Part shown: positions 21,398-30,462 of the stretch, piece after piece
Layout of the letters: each line of letters opens with the position of its first letter
Numbering within the stretch: position 1 is the first letter of the stretch
Origin: an uncultured Spirochaetota bacterium
Lineage (GTDB): Bacteria; Spirochaetota; Brevinematia; Brevinematales; JAOACQ01
Assembly (NCBI GenBank): GCA_963768055.1
Contig: CAVYGN010000001.1
Span: 1,664,001 to 1,728,000 of the forward strand
Length of the DNA: 64,000 bases
Reading direction: 5' to 3'
Notes under the pieces: generated by a model
Databases searched by the model: none
What the model saw: only the letters and a program-made list of their open reading frames with translations
What the model was told of the DNA's origin: nothing
Program-made: the position numbers and the translations under genes

Positions 21398-22123
21398 TTA
21401 TTCACAAATAATATGTTGAGTTGGAATAGTCTGATATTCAATATCATAAATCCAAAAGTTTCCAACATTATTAAAGGGAAACCAACAATCACTCTTATTT
21501 GGTACCCTAAATTTTTCTAACCTGTATGTATCTTTATTCTGATTTGAGTATTCAACCTGACAAAATACTATCCCTATTCCTTTAGCTAATACTACTAATC
21601 TTTTTGTGTAACAGTAACCAGTATAATTTAAAGGAAACTCGAAGGAAGATTCAACGGCAATACAGTTAGATATTTTCCTCTTAATCTTATTTGGAATTTT
21701 ATCATACGGAACACTATTAAGCCTTTTGGTTTTTATTTTTGTCTTAAATCCATCACTTTCTTGATTTTCAATCCATTCAGAACTTTCATGAAGGATGTAT
21801 TTACCTGGTGAGATTATGACATGGGTAAATGAATTTATAAACGCGTACCTATTAACATAAATAATTTCAGAGTTGTTAGTTAGTAATAGATCCATAAAAC
21901 CCACTGCATTATCAAGACTGCTTTTGGTTAGAATTAAACGCATTGAATGAATAAATCCAGTCGACTCCTGATGAGATACTTTTTCTATTACCTGATAACA
22001 TTCTTTATGATGTCCACCTCCTTTTATACGATACTTTGAAGAAAAGTAAATGTTAAGATAATATCCGATAAACGCTAGAACAAGAGCTATTATTATTGAA
22101 ATTAAAGTCATTGATTGATCCAT
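21398..22123 (-). CDS. Membrane-anchored hypothetical protein, last gene of the rSAM cluster
   Basis: N-terminal TM helix; LAKGIGIV and WFPFNNVGNFWIY motifs; starts 35 bp after the rSAM stop. Confidence 0.65.
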   Translation of the reverse strand: MDQSMTLISIIIALVLAFIGYYLNIYFSSKYRIKGGGHHKECYQVIEKVSHQESTGFIHSMRLILTKSSLDNAVGFMDLLLTNNSEIIYVNRYAFINSFTHVIISPGKYILHESSEWIENQESDGFKTKIKTKRLNSVPYDKIPNKIKRKISNCIAVESSFEFPLNYTGYCYTKRLVVLAKGIGIVFCQVEYSNQNKDTYRLEKFRVPNKSDCWFPFNNVGNFWIYDIEYQTIPTQHIICE

Positions 22124-22158
22124 ATTTGAAATCCTTAAGTAAACGGAATCTTATTTTA

Positions 22159-23481
22159 TTAATTTATTTGTTTGCTCCAGCACATAACATCCTTTCTACG
22201 AATTCCATCATTGGTAAGATTGTAATTGCATCCACCACCACATTTATTTATAAACTTACATCCAATACAATCAAGTGGTGATTTTGATATTATTTCCTTA
22301 CCAAATTCTGCTGCTTTTTGCCATATTTTTTCAAGAGAGTCTTTTGGATATTTGCCAAGATGATAATTTCTCATATGTGGACATGGTGTAACAGTCCCAT
22401 CCGCACAAATATTAAGCACATCATTTCCAGCATTACAAGGACCAAGAACAGAATAGCTTTCATTAACTAAGTGCGGGTAAAAACATAAAGGTTCAAACCC
22501 GATAACAGTTTCACTATGTTTTTTTTCAAGCAAAACTAATTTTCTGGAAACTTTTTTTAACTCATTTATACTCAAGGAAAGCTTTTCTCCATTTGGTCCG
22601 GAAGGCATATAACGAAAAACCACAAATCTATCAGCTCCATTTTTAAATGCTAAATTCGCAGTTTTTTCTATCAGGTTCCAGTTTATAGATGATACTGTCA
22701 TTGCGACTCTAGTTTCGATACCAATTTTGGAAAATATTTTAAGCGCATTAATAGCCTTATTATAAACTCCATTACCACGAATATAATCATGAACAGTAGG
22801 CGGACCATCTAAACTTATCTGTGCAATACCCAAACCTGCATTTTTTAGTTTTATCGCATTTTTATTGGTTATAAAAACACCACTAGTACTAATAGCAGTT
22901 TTTATTTTTGTTGAAGCACAACGACTCAAATATTCCGGAAGATTTTTGTCAAGGGTCGGTTCGCCTCCTCCAAAACCAACAGTCATAACTCCAAGTTTTG
23001 TTAGTCCATCTATAAGTTGAAATACCCACTGACTCCTATCTTCAAAATTTTTCTCTTTCTTAATCTTTGCCCTTGTATAGCAGTGAATACATTGCAAGAT
23101 ACATTTATCTGTAATTTCAATAAAAGCGCTAAGTGGCGCTGAAAGCTTTGGGGTAAATTTTAAATTTACTTTTGTGAAATTATATCTATCGAATCTGGGG
23201 AAGGAATTATTATCAACAACCTTTAGTATTCCTATTTGAGATAATTCATTAATAAAGCTTTCGATCATATTTTTATCGATTCTCGGGTATTTTATTAGCA
23301 CCTTTTCGGTAAGATTTCTAACAGATATTGGAATTTTGCAATTCTCAAGAATTGTTGTTCCAACTCTATTAAGTTTAAAAAATTGGGGAACATCAGGTCG
23401 CTCAAGTTCAAAAGGTACTAAAATAATTGAGCCGAAAGTTTCATTCCTTAAATTAATTCCTTTATGTAAAAATACCTTCAT
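22159..23481 (-). CDS. PqqD/RRE-fused radical SAM/SPASM peptide maturase (MftB-MftC/PqqE-like architecture)
   Basis: N-terminal RRE-like segment (LRNETFGSII...FKLNRVGTTIL...FINELSQIGIL), CILQCIHC, GGGEP, and SPASM cysteines CNAG..TPCP..CIGCKFINKCGGGC..C. Confidence 0.9.
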   Translation of the reverse strand: MKVFLHKGINLRNETFGSIILVPFELERPDVPQFFKLNRVGTTILENCKIPISVRNLTEKVLIKYPRIDKNMIESFINELSQIGILKVVDNNSFPRFDRYNFTKVNLKFTPKLSAPLSAFIEITDKCILQCIHCYTRAKIKKEKNFEDRSQWVFQLIDGLTKLGVMTVGFGGGEPTLDKNLPEYLSRCASTKIKTAISTSGVFITNKNAIKLKNAGLGIAQISLDGPPTVHDYIRGNGVYNKAINALKIFSKIGIETRVAMTVSSINWNLIEKTANLAFKNGADRFVVFRYMPSGPNGEKLSLSINELKKVSRKLVLLEKKHSETVIGFEPLCFYPHLVNESYSVLGPCNAGNDVLNICADGTVTPCPHMRNYHLGKYPKDSLEKIWQKAAEFGKEIISKSPLDCIGCKFINKCGGGCNYNLTNDGIRRKDVMCWSKQIN

Positions 23482-23567
23482 GGGTTTCTTCTCAGTAAAA
23501 ACTTAACAATAGCATCGATGAAAGCTCCTGACTCACAATGGCTTGGATTAACCTCCGCAACAATCAT
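23478..23567 (-). CDS. Unannotated 29-aa ORF (MIVAEVNPSHCESGAFIDAIVKFLLRRNP)
   Basis: ATGA overlap with the precursor stop and again with the rSAM start; GGGAG RBS upstream. Confidence 0.5.
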   Translation of the reverse strand: MIVAEVNPSHCESGAFIDAIVKFLLRRNP

Positions 23568-23782
23568 AATAGCTCCCAAGGTTTCTTTACACCATAAGCT
23601 TTACATGGTCCACAAGACCAATCAGGGCGCTGTGAACACGAAATATGAAGTGGAACTATTTCAGGTATTTCCTCCAATAATAAATCACTTCTAACGAGAT
23701 GCTCATCCGCATCTTTTTGCAATTTGCTCTCATTTACAATGTCTTTAGGTAATTCACCTTGATATAAGTCTGTTTTTTCCAT
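23564..23782 (-). CDS. Putative RiPP precursor peptide (72 aa)
   Basis: GGAGG RBS; acidic leader containing DLLLEEI; C-terminal core SCSQRPDWSCGPCKAYGVKKPWELL; lies between two rSAM/SPASM genes. Confidence 0.8.
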   Translation of the reverse strand: MEKTDLYQGELPKDIVNESKLQKDADEHLVRSDLLLEEIPEIVPLHISCSQRPDWSCGPCKAYGVKKPWELL

Positions 23783-23796
23783 AAGTACCTCCAAAT

Positions 23797-25038
23797 TTAA
23801 TTTGCCATTTTATTATTTTTAGCCCATTTGCCACTATAGGGGTCATACAAGCATCTATTGTTTTTTTTATAAATGTTATTTATATTTTCTTCATAAGCCA
23901 ATGGTCTGCAATCTGTACAAATATACTTAAATTCACATTCTTTACATATTTGCACATCATCCAATGTCAGTGTCCAAGGCTGCGAAATTGCAACATCAAT
24001 AATATCTTCAAAATTATCAGTAATTATATCTCCCAATATCAAGTCTCGAGCATGAGGGCATGGGACAACTTTACCATCGAAACGTAAAAACAGCATGTTT
24101 CCCCAACATGAATTATATCGTTTAGAATATAGGAATGATTGTGGTGTCGATTCAAAAAAAGGAGCATTTCTTATATTATAATATTTTTTGCACTTTAAAT
24201 ATTTATTCCTTCCTCTACCAAAAGGCCTTACTGGGTCTGGCTCACCGAAATGTAAATTCATTTTTTTACAAAAGCTAATAATATCTTCATATTGATTTTC
24301 AGTTTCAGACATCAATATAATTGAGGCATTAACAGAAACACCAGCATCTTGAAGAAACTTTATATTCGAAATCATTCGCTTAAATGAACCTTGTGAATTT
24401 GTTAATCGATCATGTGTTTTGGCATCAGCTGCAAGTATTGTAGTGCTTACAATAATATCATATTGGGCTATTCTCTTTAAAAGGTTTCTATTATCCGTAG
24501 AAAGATTAGAAAATATCTCAATTTCTTTTACTTTATTCTTTATTGAAAAATCAATAAAATGAAGAAGGTCTTTCCTTAAAAGAGGTTCCCCTCCAGTAAA
24601 TTGTATTGATTCACATCCAAGTATAAAAACATTTTGAAGAAAATTTTGGATTTTGTCTGTCTCTAAACCTTTTGACGCCTTGGGTGATGCTGTAGCGTAG
24701 CAATGGACACATCTTTGGTTACACTTATTTGTCAATTCAACCCATATTTTTTTAAATGGTTTTTTAGGTAGAGGACCCATAGAAATTGTTTCATTATTTA
24801 ATGAACCATCATCTTTTAAAAATTGATATTTAATGAGTTCATTAAAAATGCTGCGAGGAAGAATCTTACTTAAATTTTCAACCGGCTTTTTGATTATATT
24901 TTTTATAATTTGAGTAGCAGCTTCGTTTACATGATAAGCTTTAGCAAGTTTAAGATCATAAATTAATGAGCATTTTGCCCCAAAAACTGTTTGGAAACGA
25001 TCATGTGAAGAGAACGGTGTTTGAAGTTGGAATTTCAT
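23797..25038 (-). CDS. Radical SAM/SPASM protein
   Basis: CNQRCVHC, FTGGEPLL and SPASM NSCW..VPCP..CKECEFKYICTDC..RCLYDPYSGKW; short RRE-like N-terminus (GAKCSLIYDL). Confidence 0.92.
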   Translation of the reverse strand: MKFQLQTPFSSHDRFQTVFGAKCSLIYDLKLAKAYHVNEAATQIIKNIIKKPVENLSKILPRSIFNELIKYQFLKDDGSLNNETISMGPLPKKPFKKIWVELTNKCNQRCVHCYATASPKASKGLETDKIQNFLQNVFILGCESIQFTGGEPLLRKDLLHFIDFSIKNKVKEIEIFSNLSTDNRNLLKRIAQYDIIVSTTILAADAKTHDRLTNSQGSFKRMISNIKFLQDAGVSVNASIILMSETENQYEDIISFCKKMNLHFGEPDPVRPFGRGRNKYLKCKKYYNIRNAPFFESTPQSFLYSKRYNSCWGNMLFLRFDGKVVPCPHARDLILGDIITDNFEDIIDVAISQPWTLTLDDVQICKECEFKYICTDCRPLAYEENINNIYKKNNRCLYDPYSGKWAKNNKMAN

Positions 25039-25280
25039 AACCTTCCCTTTTGAGCAAACAATAAATTATACGAAACTAAATATTTAGAAACATACTATTG
25101 TTATTGTATTACAAATCCATTCAATATTTAGTTTTGCTCATTGAATAATTGATAATTCGAGCATATTTTTTAATGTATTTTGTTAACCTCTAAATAATTA
25201 TTTTTGATAATTAATCATATCTCTTAAAATAGTCAAAGTCAAGCATTATCATTGGATATTATCATTGGAAAATCCGGGTG

Positions 25281-25474
25281 AAATATGCCACCCAATCCGG
25301 CGGAAACCTGCCGGTAAGTTTAACCTTCCCCTGGATGATTATATCGGTGATGGTAGGGGGATTTTAGCTTGTAATTCATGGAAATTCTATTTTGGAAACA
25401 CCAAGGGGAATTTTTTATTCATTCAATTTTCATTAATTCGCTTCTCAAATTCTATCATAAATTCGACAGTTGAA
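25281..25474. repeat. Diverged direct repeat, copy 2
   Basis: Shares TTCCCCTGGATGATT, GGGATTTTAGCTTGTAATT, ATTCTATTTTGGAAACACC and TCAAATTCTATCATAAATT with copy 1. Confidence 0.8.
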
Positions 25475-25671
25475 ATTTTAAGGGCCTCACACATATTAAT
25501 AAATTCAAGAAAGTCTACCCTGCGCTCACATTTTTCAAATTTGCTTATAACCGCCTGTTTTGTGCCTATCATTTCAGCAAGGCCGGCTTGTGTTACATCC
25601 TGCTTTCGTCTATATTCCCTGAGCAGGGATATAAATATTTTGTATTTCTTATTGAAAAGACTCTTTTCCAT
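25423..25671 (-). CDS. XRE-family HTH regulator
   Basis: LREYRRKQDVTQAGLAEMIGTKQAVISKFEKCERRVD. Confidence 0.85.
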   Translation of the reverse strand: MEKSLFNKKYKIFISLLREYRRKQDVTQAGLAEMIGTKQAVISKFEKCERRVDFLEFINMCEALKISTVEFMIEFEKRINEN

Positions 25672-25805
25672 TAACTCTTATCCAAATAAAATCAGTATAA
25701 TATTTGTTGTAATATAATCCTAATAGGATTATAATATTACTATTATGAATAAAATATATTGATTTAAGTAATCAATTGATTTCAATATCTAGGAGGATTT
25801 ATTAT

Positions 25806-26717
25806 ATGAAAAAACTGTTGATTTTGATTATGCTTACAATCCCTGTATTTGTTTTTGCCGACCGCTTGGGTGATGCTGCTGTAGATGACGACTTGAAATT
25901 TATTACGAATTATCAAGGTGATGTTAACAAGTTAGATTGGCATGGTATGACAGCTTTAATGTGGGCGGCGCATTATGGTCATCCTGATGCGATGGAATCT
26001 TTGATAGAGAAAGGGGCAACTGTCACCAATATTGATAATTCCGGCTGGACAGCAATGATGTATGCACTTGATTTTGGCAACATGGAATCTGTAAAGGTAT
26101 TAGAAAAAGCAAAGATCGATATAGATACAAAAGATAAAGATCACGGCAAGACCATATTAATGTATGCTGCTGAACACGGGAATGTAGAATTAGTGGACCT
26201 TTTAATTAAAAATAATGCTGATATTAATGCCGTTGATAATGTGGGTGATACAGTATTAATGTACGCGGCCCGAGGAGGGAGTGCAGTTAAGCTCATAATT
26301 AAGGCGGGTGCTGATGATGTAAATTTTTTTAACAAAAAAACTGGTAAGACAGCATTGATTTATGCTGCTCAATATGGGCAAGCGGAAGCTATTAAGAATT
26401 TAATTGAAGCAAAGGCCGATGTTGATATGGGATATGGTGGCTGGACACCTTTATTTTTTGCAGTTTTTAGTTCAAAAATAGATGCAGTGAAAGCTTTAAT
26501 TGCATTAAAGGCTGATGTAAATCTTGTAGATAATCATGGAAGGACACCTTTAATGTTAGCAGTCGAAGAAAACCAAACTGAAATTACTAAAGCGTTAATT
26601 CAAGCAAAGGCTGATGTAAATGCGACTGATAGTGAAGGCAAGACGGCCTTGTCTATTGCTTATAAGTCAGAAAATGCTGAAATAATCAACCTTTTAAAGA
26701 AAGCTGGGGCGAAATAG
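25806..26717 (+). CDS. Secreted ankyrin-repeat protein
   Basis: Signal peptide followed by about 8 G-x-T-A/P-L-M ankyrin repeats. Confidence 0.92.
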   Translation: MKKLLILIMLTIPVFVFADRLGDAAVDDDLKFITNYQGDVNKLDWHGMTALMWAAHYGHPDAMESLIEKGATVTNIDNSGWTAMMYALDFGNMESVKVLEKAKIDIDTKDKDHGKTILMYAAEHGNVELVDLLIKNNADINAVDNVGDTVLMYAARGGSAVKLIIKAGADDVNFFNKKTGKTALIYAAQYGQAEAIKNLIEAKADVDMGYGGWTPLFFAVFSSKIDAVKALIALKADVNLVDNHGRTPLMLAVEENQTEITKALIQAKADVNATDSEGKTALSIAYKSENAEIINLLKKAGAK

Positions 26718-26793
26718 AGACTGAATCAAAAAGGAGTATCAAACTCTTATATTGAAAATAATGACATTGGGAAGTTTGTTCGATGGAGGTATT

Positions 26794-27208
26794 TATGATA
26801 AAAAAGTTATTTACCCCATCCGATATAGAACGCATAACAGGTGCATATCGCCATGAACCTGTAAAATTACCATTTTATTATGCGCCCCCATTTTTAGATC
26901 AACTCAGGGCATTGATTCAAAAGAGACTTTCATCTCTTGGTAGAAAGACTTCTAAATAGGCTGATCCCAGAATGAAAAGAAGATGAAAAGGATTTTATAA
27001 ATACGAAATTTTTCATCCTTTAAACCGTCTTTTAAAATTAATAAAAATTGCAAAATTAACACTCGACGAAAATGTTGTCAAAGAATGGCTTCAGACAACA
27101 AATCAATACCTTAACAATGTGGCTCCGATTTCTTCCCTGCGTTCAGATGAGGAAATGGAAAAAGTAATTTCTTTATTAGGTACTATAGGGCATGGGTTGC
27201 CCTCTTGA
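26794..27208 (+). pseudogene. Xre/MbcA/ParS-type antitoxin remnant
   Basis: Start-less frame 26987-27208 encodes VKEWLQTTNQYLNNVAPISSL...VISLLGTIGHGLPS. The upstream part is in another frame. No RES toxin follows. Confidence 0.55.
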
Positions 27209-27519
27209 ATTAGAGTTACTGATTATACAGAAGGGGATATGGTTTTTATTTTACTTCTACCAGAATTAATTGTTTATATCATGACTGTAATATTATTGGC
27301 AATGTTTATTTATATATATTATGCATTTTATATAAAGGCAAGATTTAGAAGAAAAAAATGATCCTATCGATTCTTGCATGAGGCGATGGACCCAGCCCAG
27401 CTAGTCCTATCTCATATGTAATGTAAAAAAATGAATATTTCAAAAAGCTATTGACACATTCACAAACCGTGATAAAATTAACTCAGAATAGGGAAAAAGT
27501 TTTTCTTGGGAGGCTTTCT

Positions 27520-27687
27520 ATGGCAACAGCAGAAGTAAAAAAGTTGCAACCCGCTGATTATCTTGAAGTTGTTGAAAGAAGAGCTAACGAACTTTTTCTG
27601 GAACGACTTGATAAAGCAGCCGAAGGAAACTACTCATCCGACTGGTCTCAGGCGGAAAAAGAAATCAAATCAAAATACCATCTGTAA
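27520..27687 (+). CDS. DUF2934-like small protein
   Basis: RRANELFLER...G...DWSQAEKEI pattern; GGGAGG RBS; TTGACA..TAAAAT promoter at 27451-27478. Confidence 0.65.
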   Translation: MATAEVKKLQPADYLEVVERRANELFLERLDKAAEGNYSSDWSQAEKEIKSKYHL

Positions 27688-27792
27688 AAATCCCATAATT
27701 TATGCACTCTTTGATTTTTAAAAAGAAACCTAATATTAATTTTCCCTGATATCGTCTGTAAAGATAAAAATAATAATGCTAATAATAAATTA

Positions 27793-28812
27793 TTAGGGTC
27801 GGACAACCCGGAATCCTCCTGTGATACCTTGTAACGGATCGCAAAAACGATAGTTAATCGAAATGTTTGTCGTACTCCAATCACCACCCCTAAGTATGTG
27901 TCTCGCTTTTGGAAAATGCTTATCCCCGTAATCTTCTCTAAAGTTTGTTATAGCACCCACTTGATCCTGCTGATAGCCCCAGCACCATTGCCATTCATTT
28001 CCGCTCATGTCAAACAATCCTATTTCATTGGGTAATTTTGTCCCGGCAGGATGTGTAGTACCGCCGCTATTTATAGCGTTCCATTCATAGTCTTCAATAT
28101 TATTTGTTCCTGCGCTTCCCGCAAACACCTTTAAGTATCCGTTGGTATTTACCCTTCCCGGATTTGACGAATCGGCTCCCATAGCTGCCCACATCCATTC
28201 CATTTCTGTTGGCAGCCGATAGCCGTTAGCGGACCAGTTGGCTGTTACAGCATCCCAGGCACCGATTTTTTCCCGTACTTCTTCCGGTACTATAGAATCT
28301 CCAATCTGGTATATCGCCGAGTCATACTCAGGCGGTGTTCCCCAAGCAGAACAATCTGTATTACTTTTAATGGAATATACCGGAATCAGTCCCTCAAGCA
28401 AACTCAGCTTATTGCAAAACAAAATTGCCTGATACCAGTTTACATACTGTACTGGATCAGAGATCCCTGAAGAATGATTTGAAACCGACGGATTTAAGAA
28501 AATTGGATCAAACCCTGTTACATTAGAAAATTGAGCCCTGGTAATGTCATTTTCACTGATATGGAAAGGTGAAGTAATGGTAGCAGTGTCAGTATTTGTA
28601 CCGTCAGACTGAAATGTTCCGGCAGGAACATACTTTAAAATGCCGATGTTTTTTGAAATATAATTGGTATTTCCAATAGTTATAACCTCACTTGAAGAAG
28701 TACTGGAACTGGTTGAAGAATTGAGTTTCCCTGATGATTTTGAACAATTATTAATGATTAGGACAATAATTGCCGTAATAGCAAAAATAAATAGGGATTT
28801 CTCATTTAGCAT
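27793..28812 (-). CDS. FGE-sulfatase (SUMF1)-domain putative lipoprotein
   Basis: Hydrophobic signal ending in NNC, Ser-rich linker, then YRLPTEMEW, NEIGLFDMSGN, RGGDW and GFRVVR. Confidence 0.88.
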   Translation of the reverse strand: MLNEKSLFIFAITAIIVLIINNCSKSSGKLNSSTSSSTSSSEVITIGNTNYISKNIGILKYVPAGTFQSDGTNTDTATITSPFHISENDITRAQFSNVTGFDPIFLNPSVSNHSSGISDPVQYVNWYQAILFCNKLSLLEGLIPVYSIKSNTDCSAWGTPPEYDSAIYQIGDSIVPEEVREKIGAWDAVTANWSANGYRLPTEMEWMWAAMGADSSNPGRVNTNGYLKVFAGSAGTNNIEDYEWNAINSGGTTHPAGTKLPNEIGLFDMSGNEWQWCWGYQQDQVGAITNFREDYGDKHFPKARHILRGGDWSTTNISINYRFCDPLQGITGGFRVVRP

Positions 28813-28968
28813 ATTGAAACTCCAAAAATCCGAATCCCAATGCATTCTACTAAATTTTCAGATCCTTTGCCCTCATTAGCGTTTATCTGCGTTCATCGGT
28901 AGTGTCAAAAATCTTTCATACTTTCCTCAATCTGACCCTGGATCCTGATACCAAATCTATGACCCGCT

Positions 28969-30327
28969 TTAAGTCCTGAACTTACGTCTTATAGCAAAAC
29001 CAGCTAATACAAAAAGAGTTGCAAGGACTATATTTTCCAGTCTGGCAAGTATCAATGTGAATATTCCCCAAAAAGCGGCAGCGTTTATTTCGACTGTTTT
29101 TTGCTGTATGAATAATACATTGTATAAAAAATAAGGGGTAAGCAACTGGTTATTTTTATCATTTGAACCATTCTGTATTACAATTCCAGGCATCCATATG
29201 CATGCCATTATTACATATATTTCCATAATAATCATTATAAGGAATACCCAACCTAGTGGCTTTATCCAGCTCATTCCGAAATCAGAGGCCAACTTATACA
29301 ATCTTTCCCAGCTTATTATTTTAGATATTCCTTTCTTTTGCTGAAGTTTCATTCGGAATTCACCATATAGAAAGTCATCGGATAGAGAATAATTCATGTT
29401 ATTTAAAAACTTACATTTAAGCTGTCGGTAAAGTATTTCAATATGCTTTATCTTATTATCTTTATCTTTTTCATCCTTTATATTAAATTCATCAAATACA
29501 GCATTCCTTCCTTTAAAATCAACCCATTTTACGTTTTGGAAATCAAAACAGTCTATATTCGAATACAAAAAAGAACAATTACCAACAAATGTATCCTGGA
29601 ATATTATTTTTGCGTTAAAAGAGGGCTTCTGAATATAAATAAAGTCAGTTCCACCCGAAAATTTGGTGAAGTAAAAATAAGTTTCGCTGGAAAATTCTGC
29701 TCTGGTAAAGTCAACTCCACTGGAAAACTCGGTTCTGCTAAAGTCAGCTCCATCAGAGAATTTGGCTCTAGTAAAGTCAATTCCACCCAAGAATTTGGCT
29801 TCGTGAAAATCAGCCTCATTGGAGAATTTGGCTTCGTGAAAATCAACCCAACCAGAGAATTTGGCTCTGGTAAAGATAATCTTACTCGAAAATTTGGCTT
29901 CATGAAAGTCAGCTTCACAAGAAAATTGGGCGCTTGTAAAGTCAGTCTCACCGGAAAATTGGGCTTTGTCAAAGTCAGCATTACCGAGAAATTGGGACCC
30001 GATAAAGTAAGCCTCACTTAAAAACCTACATTTATAATAAATATTTTCTTTAATTTGATAGAAATATAGATCTCCTCTGAAAACACAGTTTTTAAAAGAT
30101 ATTTTATTTTTTATTATTATATTAATATCTTTATCGTTTACAATTTCAATCAATTTATCACAAACTGTTATATCAAGATCTCCAATTATTTCCACATTTT
30201 CATATGCAACATCAATTCCTTCATTAATTTTGTTAATTATTTTCTGTACATCAATTTTTTTCTTTTCTTTTCTTGGAATATCTGGTTTTTCATCCATTCT
30301 TTTCTCCAAAGGGATGTCGTTTGACAT
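28969..30327 (-). CDS. Pentapeptide-repeat protein with C-terminal TM helices
   Basis: 11-aa AxFSxxxDFxx repeats; DFGMSWIKP followed by hydrophobic segments. Confidence 0.85.
   Translation of the reverse strand: MSNDIPLEKRMDEKPDIPRKEKKKIDVQKIINKINEGIDVAYENVEIIGDLDITVCDKLIEIVNDKDINIIIKNKISFKNCVFRGDLYFYQIKENIYYKCRFLSEAYFIGSQFLGNADFDKAQFSGETDFTSAQFSCEADFHEAKFSSKIIFTRAKFSGWVDFHEAKFSNEADFHEAKFLGGIDFTRAKFSDGADFSRTEFSSGVDFTRAEFSSETYFYFTKFSGGTDFIYIQKPSFNAKIIFQDTFVGNCSFLYSNIDCFDFQNVKWVDFKGRNAVFDEFNIKDEKDKDNKIKHIEILYRQLKCKFLNNMNYSLSDDFLYGEFRMKLQQKKGISKIISWERLYKLASDFGMSWIKPLGWVFLIMIIMEIYVIMACIWMPGIVIQNGSNDKNNQLLTPYFLYNVLFIQQKTVEINAAAFWGIFTLILARLENIVLATLFVLAGFAIRRKFRT
29639..30012. repeat. Coding tandem repeat with 33-bp period
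   Basis: Recurring AATTTGGCT...AAAGTCA units encoding the 11-aa repeat. Confidence 0.8.
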
Positions 30328-30462
30328 TCTCCAGCAATCGATTTCTTCACTAATTTAATTTTAATTTATTGTAGGATGAAATACAAGAATTATATCATTT
30401 ACATTTTGTTATAAATAAAGTAAAATCATGAGAAATTATTAATTAATCAAAAAGGAGCCCTT

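Noticed and set aside
23460..23566. Selenocysteine readthrough of the precursor TGA
   Set aside because: The readthrough sequence is unremarkable and I saw no convincing SECIS hairpin. The ATGA-coupled small ORF explains the region better.
23400..23782. Canonical mycofactocin or PQQ locus
   Set aside because: The precursor lacks IDGxCGVY and the PqqA ExxxY core, and no mftD/E/F or pqqB/C genes are present.
27793..27900. DGR variable region in the FGE-domain gene
   Set aside because: FGE folds can be DGR targets, but I found no template repeat or reverse transcriptase in this window. A remote DGR cannot be excluded.
29443..30021. 192-aa and 137-aa alternative-frame ORFs
   Set aside because: Shadow ORFs created by the 33-bp coding repeat of the pentapeptide gene.
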